A program made the position numbers and the translations under genes. Shown in pieces: positions 59,430 through 64,000 of a stretch of 64,000 bases of DNA. Each line of letters begins with the position of its first letter. Positions within the stretch are counted from its first letter, which is position 1. The notes under the pieces are model-generated. The model ran no database searches and had not been told where the DNA came from. It was given only the letters and a program-made list of their open reading frames with translations. The DNA is taken from contig CAVRDX010000001.1 in the NCBI GenBank assembly GCA_963719945.1, forward strand, positions 256,001 through 320,000, read 5' to 3'. The stretch comes from an uncultured Thermoplasmata archaeon. Lineage in GTDB: Archaea > Thermoplasmatota > Thermoplasmata > UBA10834.

Positions 59430-61853
59430 TCACGAGACCAGGAACGCGGTGCTGCTCCCGTCCTCCTGTTCTTCCACCTTCACGATGGATGCCATCAGGT
59501 CCTTGACATCCTCTAAGTGAGTTATGAGGAATATCTGTCTAAACTGGGTCGATAGGTTGGACAGGGCTGCCATTACACTCCTCTTGCGAGCAGGGTCGAG
59601 TGATCCGAATATCTCGTCCAGTATGAGGAAGTTTATCGGGTTGGCCCCAGTCCTCTCCGCTATGATCCTCGAGATCGCCAACCTGAGGGATAGGTTCGCG
59701 AGGTCTGCTTCCCCTCCCGAGAACCTGCTGATCGGATACAGTGTGCCTTGGTCATCGATCTGGATCTCATAACTGTCGTTCAATTCGACCCCGGAGTACC
59801 TGCCCTCTGTCATGGACTCGAATACATGGGACGTGAGATCTGAGAGGGTCGGGGCCACTTTGCCGATCAGATGATCCCTGAATGTTATCAGCACGTCCTC
59901 GAGAAGTGCGAGGTCATCAGCCTTAGTACGTTCCATCTCTATGCTCTTCTTGACCCTCGAGATGTTCTCCAACTCCTTCCGAGCCGTTTGGAGTTCGGAC
60001 CTGCTGCTATCCTTCGAATCGGAGAGTCTCCGCACCTCGTCTTTGGCCTTGGATAGCACGTTCATTTTTTCATCAATATCCTTGAGAATGACTTCATATA
60101 GCTCTTTCTTTGGTTCAAGTTCGGAAATGAGGGTCTTCAGGGTGCGCTCCTCCATGGAGTTCTTGTCTATCCATTCCTTGACTTCTCGCATCTCGTGATC
60201 GGATCGCGCCATCTCTTCCTGAGTCCCCTTCAAACGGACGAACTCGTCGTGCATGGGTTTCAGCCGGTCCCTCTCCGCTCTCGTCTTGGCATATTCGTCC
60301 TCTGAGAATGTTATCTTGCCTAGTTCTTCAATATCTCGATTCTTGGAGGCTATCCTTTCATCTATCGCTTTCGATTGTCTTTGGGATGCCTCAATCTGAG
60401 ACTCGAGCCTTCCTTTCCTGCGAGTCTCCGCCTCGATCCAAGCGGCTTTCTTCTTGAAAGCCTCCTCCCTCTTCGAAATACCTGCCAGGTCCGCATTTGC
60501 CTTTTCCATCTCTGTCTTCGCTTCGGAGGCAACCCGTTCGGCCTCCGATGATGACTCCGACAACTTGCTGACCAGGAGCCCATAGGCGTTCTCCAACCTT
60601 CTCTCGCAGGTTGGGCAGGTGCCTTCTGAGCCAAGTTTAGAGATCTCTTCGAGTTTCTTGCGGTCCTTCAACGCCGATTCGATGCGTTCCTTTGTCTTCG
60701 CCTTGAGTTCCCCTATCCTGTGCGAGAGGTCCGTCCTGGCCTTCTCTGCTTCAGCACGGGATCTGTCCAGATTCTCCTTCTGTTCTTCAAGCTCAGGGAA
60801 CTTTGAGAGTTCCTCTTCGATCCCTTTGGCCTCTGATCTGATCTGCTCCTTCGACTTCTCATCGGTCTCGATATCCTTGGCAAGGTGCATGGCACGCTCA
60901 GCTTTCCGCCTGGATCCCTCCAACTCGTCCAGTGTGGATGAAATCTTGCCCCAGTCAGTCTCCGCCTTCTCAAGCACTGGAAGTCTCTGCAGCTTGACCT
61001 TTGCCTCATTGATTCTATTCTGCAATCGCTCTTCTCTATTGTGCAATTCTCTTAGCGCTGAGGTCTTCGCTGAGAGGTCCTTATTGGTCGAATTGTACGC
61101 TTCATAGTCCTTCTTGACCTCGTCTCGCCGGCTCTTGGTCACCTCGAAGTCTTTCTTGGCCTTGATCTCATTCTCCTCGGCAGTCTTCAGCATCCGTTCC
61201 GATTCTTCAACGGCTTTCTCTAGAGCTGGCACCTTGCTACCTATCAATGATTCCCGGTCTCGCCCCTCCTCATCATGCAGCGTCTGCTCCGCGCCTTTGA
61301 TCCTCTCTGTCACATCCCTCCTGTCCGCTCTAGCGGTCTGGAGTATGTTATCGACGCCATCGATTCGGAGCATTCGAAGGACCACTTTCTTCCTCTCTCC
61401 TGGTGTGACATTCTGGAGGGCGTTCAATTCCTTCTGGCGCGCGAAGACCGAAGTGAAGAACGATTTGTGTTCCATGCCGATCAGTTTCTCGACGGCCTTC
61501 TTCACGGGCTTATCGCCATCCGCGAGGACCGTGTCTCCTGATTTGAGGGTCGCTTTCATCGTGAGGCTCTTTCCTCCCATCTCCCGTTCGATCCTGTAAT
61601 CGGTGCCTCCCAGCTCGAACTCAAGATTCACAGAACACGATTCTGATGATCCGGCGGTGGCACTTCTTATGCCTTCTCGAGATGTCCTCACCACTTCGTC
61701 TGTATTGCCAAAGAGCGCCCACGCTATCGCTTCTATGATCGTGGTCTTGCCAGTGCCGTTCAATCCGAGTATGCCCACGACTCCATCGGGGAACTCCAGT
61801 TTGACCTCCCGGAATCTCCGATAATTCTTGATCTCGAGGTATGATATCCTCAT
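59430..61853 (-). CDS. rad50: DNA double-strand break repair ATPase Rad50
   Basis: GLNGTGKTT, Q-loop ARQ, zinc hook CPTC, FSGGE, ILDE, SLD, ITH. Confidence 0.93.
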   Translation of the reverse strand: MRISYLEIKNYRRFREVKLEFPDGVVGILGLNGTGKTTIIEAIAWALFGNTDEVVRTSREGIRSATAGSSESCSVNLEFELGGTDYRIEREMGGKSLTMKATLKSGDTVLADGDKPVKKAVEKLIGMEHKSFFTSVFARQKELNALQNVTPGERKKVVLRMLRIDGVDNILQTARADRRDVTERIKGAEQTLHDEEGRDRESLIGSKVPALEKAVEESERMLKTAEENEIKAKKDFEVTKSRRDEVKKDYEAYNSTNKDLSAKTSALRELHNREERLQNRINEAKVKLQRLPVLEKAETDWGKISSTLDELEGSRRKAERAMHLAKDIETDEKSKEQIRSEAKGIEEELSKFPELEEQKENLDRSRAEAEKARTDLSHRIGELKAKTKERIESALKDRKKLEEISKLGSEGTCPTCERRLENAYGLLVSKLSESSSEAERVASEAKTEMEKANADLAGISKREEAFKKKAAWIEAETRRKGRLESQIEASQRQSKAIDERIASKNRDIEELGKITFSEDEYAKTRAERDRLKPMHDEFVRLKGTQEEMARSDHEMREVKEWIDKNSMEERTLKTLISELEPKKELYEVILKDIDEKMNVLSKAKDEVRRLSDSKDSSRSELQTARKELENISRVKKSIEMERTKADDLALLEDVLITFRDHLIGKVAPTLSDLTSHVFESMTEGRYSGVELNDSYEIQIDDQGTLYPISRFSGGEADLANLSLRLAISRIIAERTGANPINFLILDEIFGSLDPARKRSVMAALSNLSTQFRQIFLITHLEDVKDLMASIVKVEEQEDGSSTAFLVS

Positions 61854-62959
61854 TCCTCGTCCTCCGCGAAGTATGGCAGACCAATCTCAGCGAGCTTACT
61901 CTTCTTGCTGTCCGACACATCGAGCGCGTTCACGTACTGCTGGAATTCGTGGGAGAGTGATCCGATGTGCCCTCCTGAGACTTCGCGGAGTTCCTCGGTC
62001 TCAGCCCTTTCCACTTTCAGTTCGAAATGCATTGCCGCAGAACCAAGTTTTCTGACAGTCGCGACCTCCAAAGCTCTATATGCATCTGGTCGGACCTTGC
62101 TCACGGTGAGCCTCACGATCTTGTCATCGATTGAGGATGCGCTGATTCTCTCCCTAGCCTCCTTCAATATCTCCGATGAGGTGAGCTCCGATGCGTCTAT
62201 CGATTGGATGTCGATCATATCTCTTGTTGTCAACTCGTGGAAAATAGTCTTGTCATCGTCAAGGTCCACTTCGATAATGCCCTTCTTCTGGCCGACCTCG
62301 CCAAAGCCTAGTCTCTCGGTCGATCCGGAATAGTACATTCTCTTCCTTACCTCTGTATATCTGTGGAAATGTCCCAATGCGACATAATCGAAATCTCTCG
62401 ATATGGAAGATGCTGGCACGTCCTGTTCGTTGAACTCATCCATCTTGTAGGTGTTAGATCCAAGTATGCCTCCATGGAGGACGAGCACGTTGTACTTCGT
62501 ATCTCCTGACGGAGTGGCATTCGAGATGAACTCGTGCATCGGTGGTGCGACCGAGTGGGGAACTGCATGGACCGTCAGATCGTCCTTCACGATTTTCTGA
62601 AGTCCTGGTTGGTGGACTGAATGCACGTGGTCCAGGTGTTCGAATATTCTGAAAATGTTGCCCGTCTCCCTCAGTCTCGGTGTGGAATGGTTGCCGGAGA
62701 TTAGCACGGTCTTTATCTTCTCGTCGGATAGTCTGATGAGTTGCTTGAGCGCGAAATCAATTGCTCTGTTCTGCGGCCTGACCGTATCGAAGAGGTCACC
62801 TGCGTGGATGACGATATCAGGACGGATCTCTATCGCCTTATCAATGGCCTGTCGAAATGAATCGTAGAAATCCGCCTCTCGCTGGTTGATCCCTTGTGAA
62901 TCGACTTTCGAATAAGCGCCGTACCCTAGGTGAGTATCTGAGATGTGCAGTATCCTCAA
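61850..62959 (-). CDS. mre11: DNA double-strand break repair nuclease Mre11
   Basis: SDTHLG, GDLFD, GNHS, LHG, ALGHFH, YSGSTER; ATGA overlap with rad50. Confidence 0.92.
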   Translation of the reverse strand: MRILHISDTHLGYGAYSKVDSQGINQREADFYDSFRQAIDKAIEIRPDIVIHAGDLFDTVRPQNRAIDFALKQLIRLSDEKIKTVLISGNHSTPRLRETGNIFRIFEHLDHVHSVHQPGLQKIVKDDLTVHAVPHSVAPPMHEFISNATPSGDTKYNVLVLHGGILGSNTYKMDEFNEQDVPASSISRDFDYVALGHFHRYTEVRKRMYYSGSTERLGFGEVGQKKGIIEVDLDDDKTIFHELTTRDMIDIQSIDASELTSSEILKEARERISASSIDDKIVRLTVSKVRPDAYRALEVATVRKLGSAAMHFELKVERAETEELREVSGGHIGSLSHEFQQYVNALDVSDSKKSKLAEIGLPYFAEDEE

Positions 62960-63999
62960 TCTTTCTCACGCTCCATGGCGGCAATGATCTCGGATATCTC
63001 GGCCAATTCCTTGGACGATGCCGAATCGTGGGCCGACCGGTCCGTCCTTGCGAAGACCTCACACATCTTGTGGTTGACAGTCTGGACTGAATTCCAAAGT
63101 GCGACGAGGACTACCGTGATCATGCCAAGTACCAGGATATAGAACAATATGTTCTCCTTGACGACAGAATGCACTATTGGCGATATGATCACGAATCCGA
63201 CTGCGAGATACAAACCGAGCATAGTCCATCGGAGGGCTTTTGCAGTAGCTTGGTACCCCATCTCCTCACCGGACTGTGTTCCGAGCATAGCCTCACTCGT
63301 CGACACCTCAACGAATCTGATCGTCCTGACCCAGGTGTTGTACATGGCTGGGACAATGAGCACTATGGATACGGTGACTGCCAATAGCGTCAGGAGGTCC
63401 GCCCGTCCTCCGACCAGGTATGCATAATCTTCCGTTCGCTGGACGAAACTGCCAAGGCCTACTAGGACAGAGATGACAATCACTATGTTAACAAGGATGC
63501 TCGAGATGTTGTTCCTCATCTCGTTTGATATCTTCCGGGAGGATCGTGAGCGTCTCCTGAGGTTCCTCATGACCAGATTCAGATAGGATGCGAGGACCAC
63601 CAGAGACCTTGGTGTCTTGGTCTCTATCGCTCTGATTATCCCCTCTGTGGATTTGACGCTGTATGGCACGATCAAGGCAGTGATGGTGGTCACTACGACT
63701 ATCATGGGGTACAGATCGGGGCGGATGTTCGGGTTCGTCGCTGCGACCGCTGCGATCATGAGGGAGAATTCTCCGATCGCGACCATGCTCAATCCCGCAC
63801 CTATCGCATTCCTGGCACCGAATCCTGCTGCAAATGTGGATAGTGTGCATGAGAACAGTTTTGCCAGGATGAAGACCACGGTTATTATGACAACTGGGAT
63901 GATGAATGTGGATGGATTGGAGAGTACATCGAGCTCCATCAACATCCCTATGGCGAGTATGCCTATTGTTATGAAGAATATGGCTCCGAAGATATCCCT
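62956..63999 (-). CDS. CPA2-family cation:proton antiporter, C-terminal part (start lies outside the window)
   Basis: Frame open to the window edge: RDIFGAIFF, LAKL, AIGEFSLMIA, then extra TM helices. Confidence 0.85.
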   Translation of the reverse strand, partial: RDIFGAIFFITIGILAIGMLMELDVLSNPSTFIIPVVIITVVFILAKLFSCTLSTFAAGFGARNAIGAGLSMVAIGEFSLMIAAVAATNPNIRPDLYPMIVVVTTITALIVPYSVKSTEGIIRAIETKTPRSLVVLASYLNLVMRNLRRRSRSSRKISNEMRNNISSILVNIVIVISVLVGLGSFVQRTEDYAYLVGGRADLLTLLAVTVSIVLIVPAMYNTWVRTIRFVEVSTSEAMLGTQSGEEMGYQATAKALRWTMLGLYLAVGFVIISPIVHSVVKENILFYILVLGMITVVLVALWNSVQTVNHKMCEVFARTDRSAHDSASSKELAEISEIIAAMEREKD

Positions 64000-64000
64000 G

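Overview
A gene-dense, mostly core chromosomal segment of an archaeon, most likely Thermoplasmatota (inference from archaeal-type GlyRS, ThiDN fusion, SAMP, TATA/BRE promoters with GGAGG/GAGGTG SD sites, a CCA-less tRNA and a PMHTS variant of the ValRS KMSKS motif). It holds about 55 CDS and one tRNA-Gly(GCC). Functions include DNA repair (coupled PolX-PHP and NAD-dependent LigA; Mre11-Rad50 beside DUF72 and an SprT-like protease), translation (glyS, valS, two DEAD-box helicases, ThpR), cofactors (thiDN, folC, SAMP, ferredoxin), copper export (CopA), peptidases and an orphan DNA methyltransferase. An AT-richer accessory patch lies downstream of the tRNA, with a degenerate att-like repeat. The best candidate for an undescribed system is a Rab-like small GTPase directly followed by a ~1400-aa Ig/cadherin-like surface protein whose single TM helix leads into a cytoplasmic longin-like domain. 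A second longin-like domain caps a ~640-aa coiled coil elsewhere in the window. Together they suggest a eukaryote-like receptor/longin/Rab module. Also found by reading the DNA: an unlisted 57-aa ferredoxin, an unlisted 33-aa small ORF with a hairpin-occluded SD, and a ~160-nt multi-stem candidate RNA upstream of a B12-radical SAM gene. No CRISPR array, rRNA, transposase or integrase was seen. All product calls come from motif recognition by eye; no database search was run.
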